A stretch of DNA of 64,000 nt, taken from a bacterium (GTDB lineage: Bacteria > SAR324 > XYD2-FULL-50-16 > G965216635). The position numbers and the translations under genes were made by a program. The notes beneath the pieces are model-generated. The model was not told where the DNA came from, did not search any database, and saw only the letters and a list, made by a program, of their open reading frames with translations. Positions 10,620-19,661 of the stretch are shown piece by piece. Position 1 is the first letter of the stretch; every line of letters starts with the position of its first letter. The DNA is taken from assembly GCA_965216635.1 (NCBI GenBank), contig OZ244188.1, forward strand, positions 1,920,001-1,984,000, read 5' to 3'.

Positions 10620-11543
10620 TTATTTTCTTATAGAAGAAAAATACTTATACAAAGGTGAATTAATATCTATTACTAGCTTCGTATTATCACCCACTGTTTT
10701 CTTATAGCTATTTAGCGTTTCATAAAACTGATAAAATTCTGCATTACGACCATAAGATCTACCGTAAATTCTAGCCGCTTCACCATCCGCTTTTCCTCGC
10801 AATACCTTTGCTTTTTTTGAAGCACTAGAATTGATTTCACTCAATTCTTTAGATAGTTTACCTAGTATTTCTAGTTTTTCGCCTTCTCCTTCAGATCTTT
10901 TTTTAGCGGCAATTCTTTTTCTTTCGGAAATCATTCTCTCGTAAACTTTTTTACGCACCTGATCTGTATAATTGATTCGTTTAATCAAAATATCTACAAT
11001 TTCAATGCCATATTCTGATTCTACATTTTCTAGATTCTGCACAATAATTTTTGTAATTCCATCTCGTCCGTATTTTACCTCACGGCTAATTTTTACCTCT
11101 CTTTCTGTGCTTACAGAATATTCTTCTTTCCAATCGGAGCTGACAATAATCTCATTTAGGTCATTTTTTGTAACTAGGTCGCGAATAATTCCTTCAATCA
11201 AGTCGCTCAAAACACTAGCAGCTCTGCTTTCATTATTGAGTCTTTGAAAATAAATCAATGGATTTACAATTTTCCAACGAGCTGTTGTATCTACCCAAAT
11301 AAAAGTTTTATCACTTGTGGGAATTTCATTAGGTTCTCCATCTATTTTTAAAATTCGTTTGTCAAAGTAGTTAACTTTTTGCCATGGAATTTTAAAATAA
11401 AGTCCAGCTTCATTTATAGATTTTATAGGCTTCCCAAACTCTGTAATCACTACCTGTTGTATTTCTTGGATGATAAAAAAGCACTTATAGCCTGTTAAAA
11501 AAACAGCTACTATAATAGCAACATAAAGATATTTAAATTTCAT
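10620..11543 (-). CDS. hflC: FtsH protease modulator HflC
   Basis: SPFH domain, VYERMISER, AEFYQFYETL; follows hflK. Start placed at ATG 11543. Confidence 0.93.
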   Translation of the reverse strand: MKFKYLYVAIIVAVFLTGYKCFFIIQEIQQVVITEFGKPIKSINEAGLYFKIPWQKVNYFDKRILKIDGEPNEIPTSDKTFIWVDTTARWKIVNPLIYFQRLNNESRAASVLSDLIEGIIRDLVTKNDLNEIIVSSDWKEEYSVSTEREVKISREVKYGRDGITKIIVQNLENVESEYGIEIVDILIKRINYTDQVRKKVYERMISERKRIAAKKRSEGEGEKLEILGKLSKELSEINSSASKKAKVLRGKADGEAARIYGRSYGRNAEFYQFYETLNSYKKTVGDNTKLVIDINSPLYKYFSSIRK

Positions 11544-11547
11544 TATA

Positions 11548-12615
11548 TTATTTATTAAGGTTATAAAGAGGAAAAATTTGTTTGTTTTTATCCAAAACAA
11601 TCACTTCTTGGATATTGGGCAAAATTTCTTTCATCGTCTCTATGTAAAGACGAGTTCTAGTCACTGTTTTATATCTTTCATACTCTTTTAAGATAGCAAG
11701 AAAACGACTGCTATCTCCTACAGCGTCGTTGATTCTTTGAATAGCGTAGCCTTGTGCTTCTTCTACCACTTTTTTTGCTTCACCTCTTGCTTTAGGAATC
11801 TGTTCGTTATAGGTTTTTTGTGCTTCGTTCACTAACCTTGTACGGTCTTGATCGGCTTCGTTGACTTCGTTAAAAGAAGGTCTGACAGGATTAGGAGGAG
11901 TAACATCTTGCAATTGGACTGTTACTAAATCTACTCCTGATTTATAAAAATTCAACTTTTCTTGAATTTCTTCTAAGGCTTCAAAAGCTATTTCTTCTCT
12001 TTCTTGTAATAGATAATCAAAATCCCTATTGCCTACAAGTCTGCGAATAATCATCTCCGATAGATCTCTGACAGCTGCTCTGCCGTCTTTTATATTAAAA
12101 ACAAAATCTTTAGGTTGGTTGACTTTATACTGGACGACCCAGTTAAGATTAATTACATTTCTATCCCCCGTAAGCATCAAAGATTCCGTATCTAAAGTGC
12201 GGGTAGAACGAGCCGCTTCTGCATCTCTAGCAGCGGGATTGCTACGAAACCCAAATTCTTCTTTACGAATAGTTTCTATATCTACTACGATGACTTTTTC
12301 TACAAAAGGAATTAAAAAATTCAATCCTGAAGAAGTAGTTTTAGAGTATTTGCCAAGTCTAAGTACAATGCCTTTTTCACCAGGTTGAACTTGGTAAAAG
12401 GATTTAAAAAGCAAAATAGCAACTAAAACAGGCACAACAACTAAAAATATTTTGCGAGAATTGAGATTGGGAGAAAAGGGAGGTTTATTTGAATCACCTT
12501 TCTTAGGAGGTTTTTTCTTTCCTTTACCTCCAACAACAAATCTTTTTAAGTCCTCTAATACTTGATCCACACTAGGATTAGTTTTTTTTCTTTCCCAAGG
12601 GTTTTCGTTTTCCAT
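11548..12615 (-). CDS. hflK: FtsH protease modulator HflK
   Basis: N-terminal NPW motif, MLTGDRNVI, PPNPVRPSFNEV and TRTRLYIETM. Confidence 0.95.
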   Translation of the reverse strand: MENENPWERKKTNPSVDQVLEDLKRFVVGGKGKKKPPKKGDSNKPPFSPNLNSRKIFLVVVPVLVAILLFKSFYQVQPGEKGIVLRLGKYSKTTSSGLNFLIPFVEKVIVVDIETIRKEEFGFRSNPAARDAEAARSTRTLDTESLMLTGDRNVINLNWVVQYKVNQPKDFVFNIKDGRAAVRDLSEMIIRRLVGNRDFDYLLQEREEIAFEALEEIQEKLNFYKSGVDLVTVQLQDVTPPNPVRPSFNEVNEADQDRTRLVNEAQKTYNEQIPKARGEAKKVVEEAQGYAIQRINDAVGDSSRFLAILKEYERYKTVTRTRLYIETMKEILPNIQEVIVLDKNKQIFPLYNLNK

Positions 12616-12625
12616 TTTTATTTTA

Positions 12626-12685
12626 TAGATCTTTGAATTAGTGTTATGTGACGCTAGCCGTTACATAATACTAATTCAAAGTTCT
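12626..12685. repeat. Minimal hairpin form of the MITE-like element
   Basis: ctttgaattagtgttatgtgacg-ctagc-cgttacataatactaattcaaag forms a near-perfect inverted repeat. Confidence 0.7.
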
Positions 12686-12836
12686 TATTTAGTCAAATAA
12701 TTTTTTTTAGTCAAGGAATTTTATTTAGTCAAATAATTTTTTTTAGTCAAATAATTTTTTTTGCACTTTTCTAACCATTTGGCTAACCGTCGCATAACGG
12801 CAATGCAATATTCTTATTATTCCAAAAAAAATACTT

Positions 12837-13754
12837 TTATTCAATAACATAATCTAAAGGATCCACATTTTTTCCATTTACAACAACTTCATAATGCAAA
12901 TGAGAGCCGGTACTCCTGCCGGTACTCCCCGTTCTACCAATAGTATCACCTCTTTTAACTTTTTGTCCAGGTTTAGCTTCAAATTGCACCAAATGGGCGT
13001 AGCGTGTGACAATATTGTAACCATGGTTGATAGCCATTATATTACCAAACGATTTTTGGAAATAAGTATAAATCACAACACCATCTGCTGGAGCGATAAC
13101 TGGAGAATAAAGCGGAGCTGACCAATCTATTCCCGCATGAAATTTTAAAGCTCTTGTAAAAGGATCATTTCTTATACCAAAACCAGAAGTAAAAACCCCG
13201 CCTCGCAAAGGCTTAATAGAAGGAGATCTCGCCAAACTCTCTTTATTATCTCTAATAACGTTTTCTAACTTAAATAGACTAGCATGCCTTAATCTATAAT
13301 TCAACTCAATATTTTTTACTTGGCTAATAATATTTTTTTCTTGAATACCTATTTTACCCTGTAATTCGCTATCTTGCACAGTATTAAAACTGCTATTTTC
13401 AGAAACTTCAAAGTTTTCTGTTTCTTTTTTTCTTTGTCTAGAAGTTCTATTTTGGTTTGCTATATTTCTAATTTTTTCATCAAACTCCCCTATTTTTTCT
13501 AGTTCTACAGAGTAATTATCCAGGGTATTTTGAATTTCTTTGTAATAGACCGTCTGCTCCAGAAAATTATTTTGTAATTCCTGATAACTAGAATCTCTTG
13601 AAATATTTTCATAGTATTGATAGTAGACAAACCCAGTAAACCCCAAAAAACATAAAAATAAAACCACCAAAAACCACATCATTCCTAGGTATAGTTTTAT
13701 CCTTCTATCTTTTTTGCGTATAACTACTAAAGTAATATAATTAGTCAGTAACAT
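12837..13754 (-). CDS. M23 family metallopeptidase with TM and coiled coil
   Basis: HAGID, YAHL and STGSHLHYEV motifs. Confidence 0.93.
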   Translation of the reverse strand: MLLTNYITLVVIRKKDRRIKLYLGMMWFLVVLFLCFLGFTGFVYYQYYENISRDSSYQELQNNFLEQTVYYKEIQNTLDNYSVELEKIGEFDEKIRNIANQNRTSRQRKKETENFEVSENSSFNTVQDSELQGKIGIQEKNIISQVKNIELNYRLRHASLFKLENVIRDNKESLARSPSIKPLRGGVFTSGFGIRNDPFTRALKFHAGIDWSAPLYSPVIAPADGVVIYTYFQKSFGNIMAINHGYNIVTRYAHLVQFEAKPGQKVKRGDTIGRTGSTGRSTGSHLHYEVVVNGKNVDPLDYVIE

Positions 13755-14514
13755 CTTCTATTTCTTTGAGATCCTTTGAAATCTGGTTTTTTACAAATTT
13801 TTTTTGTTTTTTTACTTGTTTTAATCTTTTTTTTTCCGTTAAAGAAGAGAAAACTGCGATCTCTTTTCTATCTATTACCCCTTGCAAAAGTAGGTTTCTA
13901 GCAAGCCTACTTCTTTTTTCTGTTTTTTTCAACCTCCGTTTTTCTATTAGAGGAGCTAAAATTTTTGCTGTCAGATAATAGCTAGCAACTGCACTGGATA
14001 CAGCATAAATAATACTTCCCAACATCAATGATACCCCCCAACTACTAAACAACAATCCCAACATTGCCTTACTCTTCTGAAAAAAGCCTATATACTCATT
14101 AGCATAGATAGCATTAAATTCCTGCAAAAAAACTACAAAATTACGAGAATCAGAGATAGGCAATTGAAATAAATCTATCAAAAATTTTCCTGTAGTATGA
14201 AATAAAAAATAAAGAGGAACTACTGTTAAAGGATTGCTTATCCATACCATAGCAATAGCTAAAGTCAAATCAAACCTTGAGTTAGTGAAAACTCTAAATA
14301 AAAGCCACTGCAAAAACACAATATACATCTGCGCCCCCACGGTAGGCGTCATCCCCCAAAAAACCCCTACACTTACTCCTAAAGAAATTTCTGTAATAGG
14401 TTTTTTACTCCCATAGATAGGAAATATCAATTTTTGATAATACAGTTTTCTTAAGCCTTTGTAGCTAAAAAACTGTTTATAACTAAAAAACTTTTTCCTA
14501 AAAAATTTTCGCAT
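13741..14514 (-). CDS. DUF2062-family membrane protein
   Basis: ISLGVSVGVFWGMTPTVGAQ and WISNPLT motifs. Confidence 0.8.
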   Translation of the reverse strand: MRKFFRKKFFSYKQFFSYKGLRKLYYQKLIFPIYGSKKPITEISLGVSVGVFWGMTPTVGAQMYIVFLQWLLFRVFTNSRFDLTLAIAMVWISNPLTVVPLYFLFHTTGKFLIDLFQLPISDSRNFVVFLQEFNAIYANEYIGFFQKSKAMLGLLFSSWGVSLMLGSIIYAVSSAVASYYLTAKILAPLIEKRRLKKTEKRSRLARNLLLQGVIDRKEIAVFSSLTEKKRLKQVKKQKKFVKNQISKDLKEIEDVTD

Positions 14515-14523
14515 GAACCTATT

Positions 14524-14751
14524 TAGACCTTTGAATTTCGCTGATGCTTATCCCACTATTGGGGCTAGCCAACTGGTTAGAACAGGTGCGAAAAAAAAAA
14601 TTTTTCAATGGCGTCTTGCAAAACACTACAAAAATTAGTGTGTAGCACAAATGGAATGAAAAAGTGCCAAAAGGCACTTTTTCTATAGCCCTTACCCTAT
14701 TTCAAGCAATAAGCTTGTTTTGGCTAAACAGAATGCAAATTCAAAAGTCTA
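14524..14751. mobile_element. MITE-like palindromic element
   Basis: TAGACCTTTGAATT...AATTCAAAAGTCTA terminal inverted repeats. Confidence 0.8.
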
Positions 14752-14754
14752 CTA

Positions 14755-14908
14755 TAGACCTTTGAATTTCGCTGATGTGACGGCTAGCCAAATGGTTAGA
14801 ACAGGTGCGAAAAAAATTTTTAGCTCGCTGGAATACTGAAGTATTTCAAGAGTTAAAAATTTTTTTCAACGCTGCATAGGCTAAACAGAATGCAAATTCA
14901 AAAGTCTA
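14755..14908. mobile_element. MITE-like palindromic element (tandem second copy)
   Basis: Same terminal inverted repeats, 3 bp from the previous copy, different interior. Confidence 0.8.
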
Positions 14909-14911
14909 CTA

Positions 14912-16192
14912 TTAACTAAAATCTCTACCCGCCAACACCAACCACTCTTTCAGTAGTTCCAATACCTGCAACCTATTATTTTTGGGAGCATTGATAAAGA
15001 TACAAAAGGGATAGTTTTTGCCTTGATAAGGAATATATCCCGCCAAATTATAAACCCCCTTTAAAGTTCCAGTCTTTAAATAAACCTGCTTATTTTGAGG
15101 AAATAACTTGTAATCCGAATAAATTTTATAAAGAACATTTAATATTATTTCCGCTGTAATCTCATTATCTCTTGATAATCCAGAGCCTTCTAGGATTTGA
15201 AAATTTTTGGAAGTAGCACCAAACTGTGCCATATAAAATTTCATAGCCATATTAGATTTTTCTAAATTATAAACCTTGCCGTATTTTTCCCCTCCGAGCC
15301 TAAAATAAATTTGATTAGCTATGTAATTATTAGAATAAAGCAAAAAAGAAGGGATTAGTTCCTTTAAATTGCGAGAATTTTTATAATCCAAAATAAGTTT
15401 CCAATCAGCATTTAATAACTCTTTTTTATAAGAATTTTGCTCAATGTTTATTCCCTCCTTTTGAAAAATAGCTACAAATAGCTCCGCCGTATATCTCAAA
15501 CTATCAGGGTAAGACGAGCCCACATTGATACGTTTCTTTTTACCCACTGCCAGCAAACCTCCTTTCTCCCTTGCCAAAGGAGTAATAGGAGTCCATTCTT
15601 CTGCAGATACTACCAGCCCATTTTTCTTTTTCTCTAAAAATAAGGAATTAAAATTGACTACCAAAGCTCCATTTAGTGCATCGTAAGCATTTTTACTTTT
15701 ACTCAATCCCGGCACTTTTTGGGTTGTAATCAAAGAATCATCCAATTTCAACGCAGAAAACCTAGTATAACCTTTTTGTTTCAATAGTTGAGCAATTTTT
15801 GTGATTTCTTCTGAAATCAAAAAAGGATCTCCGCCTCCTTGAATAAGTAGCTCTTTTTTCGCATTGGTATAAAAAGTAGTGTTAAAACGAAAATCTTTTC
15901 CTAAAATATCAAAAGCAACCGCTGTAATTGCAATTTTTAAAACCGAAGCTGGCACAAAAGCTTCCCTAGAATTAAATTCAAAAAGTATTTTTTTCTCTGG
16001 AGAACCCAACAAAATAGCACCATTTTGGACAAGTTCTTTCATCCTTTTTGCCAATCTGGTAGTCTTTAGAGACTGTTGCTCTTGATTTTGCTCTACCGCA
16101 GCTGCTAAACCTGTAGACAAGACGATGACAAAAACAAAGCAGAAAAAACTACCTTTAACGATTTTTATGAAATTCTCTAAAAAATTCATCAA
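14912..16192 (-). CDS. dacB: D-Ala-D-Ala carboxypeptidase/endopeptidase (PBP4, peptidase S13)
   Basis: PASVLK (SxxK), GGGDP, SNN, GSGLSR and KTGTL. Confidence 0.9.
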   Translation of the reverse strand: MMNFLENFIKIVKGSFFCFVFVIVLSTGLAAAVEQNQEQQSLKTTRLAKRMKELVQNGAILLGSPEKKILFEFNSREAFVPASVLKIAITAVAFDILGKDFRFNTTFYTNAKKELLIQGGGDPFLISEEITKIAQLLKQKGYTRFSALKLDDSLITTQKVPGLSKSKNAYDALNGALVVNFNSLFLEKKKNGLVVSAEEWTPITPLAREKGGLLAVGKKKRINVGSSYPDSLRYTAELFVAIFQKEGINIEQNSYKKELLNADWKLILDYKNSRNLKELIPSFLLYSNNYIANQIYFRLGGEKYGKVYNLEKSNMAMKFYMAQFGATSKNFQILEGSGLSRDNEITAEIILNVLYKIYSDYKLFPQNKQVYLKTGTLKGVYNLAGYIPYQGKNYPFCIFINAPKNNRLQVLELLKEWLVLAGRDFS

Positions 16193-17187
16193 ACAGCATA
16201 AGAAGTAAGATGGCGATTACAGTAGCCTATCATTTCTGCAATTTTTGTATTACCAGAATAATGGAATTGTGCTAATTGCAAATATTCTTTAGCCTGACGA
16301 AAATCGTGCATTTGATAAAAAGCCAGAGCCAAAAAATAGACAGTTTGCTCATAAGTAGGGTGCTCTTTGACTATAGGGAGTAAGACAGAGACTGCTTGAG
16401 AAAAACAACCCATTTTGTATTGGCAAATACCAATATTTGCTTCTACTTTATAATCCTCATCGGTAGTATTTTTAGCCTTAATAAAATATTTCATTGCCTC
16501 TGAATGTTGTACCATTTGTAGTAGCGATTTACCCGCCAATATATAAGCAGCCGTAAATTGATTGTTTTTCGTTATGGCTTTGCGGAAATGCGTTAAGCAC
16601 TCCCTATAGTATTGCATATTGTAGTAGCACAAACCCAATTTAAAACTATAATAAGCCTCTTTCGGTTGTTTTTCTACCAAATATTTATATTCACTGATTG
16701 CCCGAAAATACATCTTTCTATCATAAAATTCTTGTGCCAAATTTTCATCAATTTTTTCTTCCGATGGTTTAGGAATGTCCGAAGTTGTTTTTACAGTATA
16801 GCCTTGAGTAGTTTTATGCACTCCTTTTTTAGTAATAATAAAAGGAGTTTTGCATTGAGAACATTGAGACTGCTTGACCCATTGCGGATGCAAAATGCGG
16901 TTGATTGCATGGCAATAGAGACAAACAACAAAATACTCGCTACTTTTTTTTTCCTCTACTACAAACTGCTCGCTTGTTTTGAGTTTAGAATCCAGTTTTC
17001 TCCTTTGCTCAGCATCAGACAAAATCTGATAAGCAAGATTGATTTCTTGAGCCAAATGATTTTCACCACCCAAATCAGGATGCATACTATTTGATTTCAT
17101 CAAGGCTCTGTAAGCTGCTTTCACTACCTCTAAAGGAGCTTCCGAATCTACTTTTAACAGTTTATATGGATTTTCTGAAACTTTCAT
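16189..17187 (-). CDS. J-domain / Zn-ribbon / TPR protein
   Basis: NPYKLL..HPDLGG J domain, CLYC...CSQC, C-terminal TPR repeats. Start placed at ATG 17187 (ORF track begins at 17202). Confidence 0.85.
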   Translation of the reverse strand: MKVSENPYKLLKVDSEAPLEVVKAAYRALMKSNSMHPDLGGENHLAQEINLAYQILSDAEQRRKLDSKLKTSEQFVVEEKKSSEYFVVCLYCHAINRILHPQWVKQSQCSQCKTPFIITKKGVHKTTQGYTVKTTSDIPKPSEEKIDENLAQEFYDRKMYFRAISEYKYLVEKQPKEAYYSFKLGLCYYNMQYYRECLTHFRKAITKNNQFTAAYILAGKSLLQMVQHSEAMKYFIKAKNTTDEDYKVEANIGICQYKMGCFSQAVSVLLPIVKEHPTYEQTVYFLALAFYQMHDFRQAKEYLQLAQFHYSGNTKIAEMIGYCNRHLTSYAV

Positions 17188-17194
17188 TTTCCCA

Positions 17195-18163
17195 TTAAGC
17201 ACTCATTTTCTTTTGCAGAAGTTGATACCAGTTAGGACGGGTATAAATGCTTTTTCCAATGTTGAAAAAGGTAGCTAAATTCAAATTGATGGCGTCGTTT
17301 AGAGTTCCAAAAGAGCGAAGGTTGCCTGCAGCAATGAGGTTTTTTGAGGTAAATTCTTGCATCCATTGTAGCAAAATTTTATGCTCACCGAAAATATAAT
17401 TTAAAACCTGTAATGCATTAGCGTGAAGAATATCCACTCCTTCGCCAGAGATAGTATTCACAACTTCGTTTAGAATATCCGCATTGTAACGTCCTTCTTG
17501 TTTTTCGTAGACTGGAAAGTAGTAAGATAGAAGCGAATGTTGTAATCTAGTTTTTATAGCAGAGACAATATCCTTTAGCATAGTAAGGCGATTTTTAAGG
17601 CAACCGCCGTAGGCATCTTCTCTTTGATTGAATTTTGGATTAAAGCACTGATCCAGAAATTCTTGAGAGCCTCCATTGAGTTCAATAATTTCAAACCCTG
17701 ATTCTTCTGCTTGCTCTGCTGCGTGTTTAAAATTCAGCACAATTTCTTCTGCACCGTAGTCATCAAAGGGATAACTCTGACTAAAATCCTTCCCAAAATT
17801 AATAACACTAGAAGATACAGGCATCTCCCCACAAATAGCTTCGCTGGTCTTGGCTCCACAGTGAGTCAGTCTAATTCCTAAAACAACTCCTTCTTCTTTT
17901 ACATGCTTGACTAGACTCCTAAAACTACTTATATATTTTTCATTCATTTCCAGTTGTAGGCTATGAGACTTGCCTTGTCTAGAAATACAAACAGAATCCA
18001 GAATAATCGTACCGACTCCTCCTTCTATTAAATGATTTATATCATCTACAATAGGAGCAGATAGGTCGCCATTTTTTTTAGCATTATCCCTTACAGGAAT
18101 AGAGATAAGTATCCTATTCTTAAAATGGATATTACCTATAGAAAAATCATCAAAAAGTTGCAT
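17195..18163 (-). CDS. NADH:flavin oxidoreductase (old yellow enzyme)-like protein
   Basis: KNRI, LTHCGAK, AAEQAEESGFEIIE and NQREDAYGGCLKNR; active-site segment is atypical. Confidence 0.85.
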   Translation of the reverse strand: MQLFDDFSIGNIHFKNRILISIPVRDNAKKNGDLSAPIVDDINHLIEGGVGTIILDSVCISRQGKSHSLQLEMNEKYISSFRSLVKHVKEEGVVLGIRLTHCGAKTSEAICGEMPVSSSVINFGKDFSQSYPFDDYGAEEIVLNFKHAAEQAEESGFEIIELNGGSQEFLDQCFNPKFNQREDAYGGCLKNRLTMLKDIVSAIKTRLQHSLLSYYFPVYEKQEGRYNADILNEVVNTISGEGVDILHANALQVLNYIFGEHKILLQWMQEFTSKNLIAAGNLRSFGTLNDAINLNLATFFNIGKSIYTRPNWYQLLQKKMSA

Positions 18164-18394
18164 TCAAATAGATAGTTATTTAGAGTTTTACCTGCATCTG
18201 GCATTTTCGGAAAGCCAGACAAAGTGCGAAAATTTGCAAAACCTTTCAGTTTAGGAAACATATTCTTTTGTAGAATATTCTTTTGTAGAATATTCTTTTG
18301 TAGAATTTTCTTTTGTAGAATTTTCTTACCGTAATAGTTAAGCAAGCAAAATGCCCAGTTCCTCCAATGCAAGCCGAAGGCTCTAAAGGAAGTT

Positions 18395-18493
18395 TTATTT
18401 AATAAAAAATTTCTCATACAAAAAAAACAACCCAAGGTAAGTAATAATAATTCCGCCGATACTCGCTAATACAGAAATTTCGTGTGCACCCAT
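18395..18493 (-). CDS. Candidate 32-aa single-pass membrane peptide
   Basis: Hand translation from ATG 18493: MGAHEISVLASIGGIIITYLGLFFLYEKFFIK*. Not listed in the ORF track. Confidence 0.4.
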   Translation of the reverse strand: MGAHEISVLASIGGIIITYLGLFFLYEKFFIK

Positions 18494-18599
18494 TTTTTAA
18501 AAAAGATTATTTAAGAGAATTATGATAACATAATTAATAATTGTATAGTTTTTTAGTCATTTTGTCAAGAAAAATATTTAGTTCTACCCTATAACTGCA

Positions 18600-19055
18600 A
18601 TGAAAATCATCCAAAGAAATAAAAAAGCCTATTATCATTTTGAAATTTTAGAAAAAAAAGAAGCAGGTATTGTGCTAAAAGGCACAGAAATTAAAAGTTT
18701 AAGAGCGGGAAAAGTGAATGTTTCCGAAGCTTTTATTAGAATCACCTCCAAGATGGAAATAGAAATACACAATATGTATATCGCAGCCCACAGCCATCAA
18801 ACCAACCCCTTTATGAATCACGAACCTTTGAGGAAAAGAAAACTTTTACTCCACCAAAAAGAAATTCTTAAAATCCACAACCAAATACAAAAAAAAGGAC
18901 TAACCTGCATAGCCTTAAAAATTTACCTTAAAAAAAGCTACGCCAAGATAGAAATTGGAATTGCAAGAGGTAAAAAACTCTACGATAAAAGAGAAGTTTT
19001 AAAAAAACGAGAACAAGAAAAAAATATTCAACAAAAAAGTTTTGTCCGAACATAA
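18600..19055 (+). CDS. smpB: SsrA-binding protein
   Basis: NKKAYYHF, EAGIVLKGTEIKSLR, RKRKLLLH and GKKLYDKRE. Confidence 0.98.
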   Translation: MKIIQRNKKAYYHFEILEKKEAGIVLKGTEIKSLRAGKVNVSEAFIRITSKMEIEIHNMYIAAHSHQTNPFMNHEPLRKRKLLLHQKEILKIHNQIQKKGLTCIALKIYLKKSYAKIEIGIARGKKLYDKREVLKKREQEKNIQQKSFVRT

Positions 19056-19160
19056 AAAAAGGTTGCCTACAATTTCTTCTGATGATGGGCGATTTTTAGA
19101 TGTATGCCTTAAAACAAATTGCGGGATGGCGGGGAGGTATTTTTTATTTTATGTAGGTCT

Positions 19161-19634
19161 GTAGAGACGTCCTATATGGGCGTCTCATAAATTTAGAACG
19201 TTTATTAAAAACAGCTTTTTGTGGTTTATGCACATCGTATAAGACGTCCTATATGGGCGTCTCATAAATTTAGAACGTTTATTAAAATATGTAAGTCTGT
19301 AGAGACGTCCTATATGGGCGTCTCATAAATTTAGAACGTTTATTAAAAACAGCTTTTTGTGGTTTATGCACATCGTATAAGACGTCCTATATGGGCGTCT
19401 CATAAATTTAGAACGTTTATTAAAAACAGCTTTTTGTGGTTTATGCACATCATATAAGACGTCCTATATGGGCGTCTCATAAATTTAGAACGTTTATTAA
19501 AAACAGCTTTTTGTGGTTTATGCACATCATATAAGACGTCCTATATGGGCGTCTCATAAATTTAGAACGTTTATTAAAAACAGCTTTTTGTGGTTTATGC
19601 ACATCGTATAAGACGTCCTGTAGGGCGTCTCTAC
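19161..19634. repeat. GTAG-type REP/REPIN array, 7 hairpins, 77-bp unit
   Basis: Hairpin AGACGTCCTATATGGGCGTCT starts at 19165, 19242, 19303, 19380, 19457, 19534 and 19611 (last is a variant). Array is bounded by GTAG...CTAC and the linkers are near-identical. Confidence 0.9.
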
Positions 19635-19661
19635 AAAAATGTTTCCTGCAGTTTTTTTTTC

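Noticed and set aside
18136..18435. 99-aa ORF containing ILQKN repeats
   Set aside because: Non-ATG start, kept open by a 15-bp tandem repeat, overlaps the next gene in another frame, no recognisable motif.
19056..19160. tmRNA (ssrA) next to smpB
   Set aside because: Too short, with no GGGGC 5' end or tRNA-like TTCGA..CCA 3' end.
19161..19634. CRISPR array
   Set aside because: The sequences between the palindromes are essentially identical rather than unique spacers, and there are no cas genes in the window.
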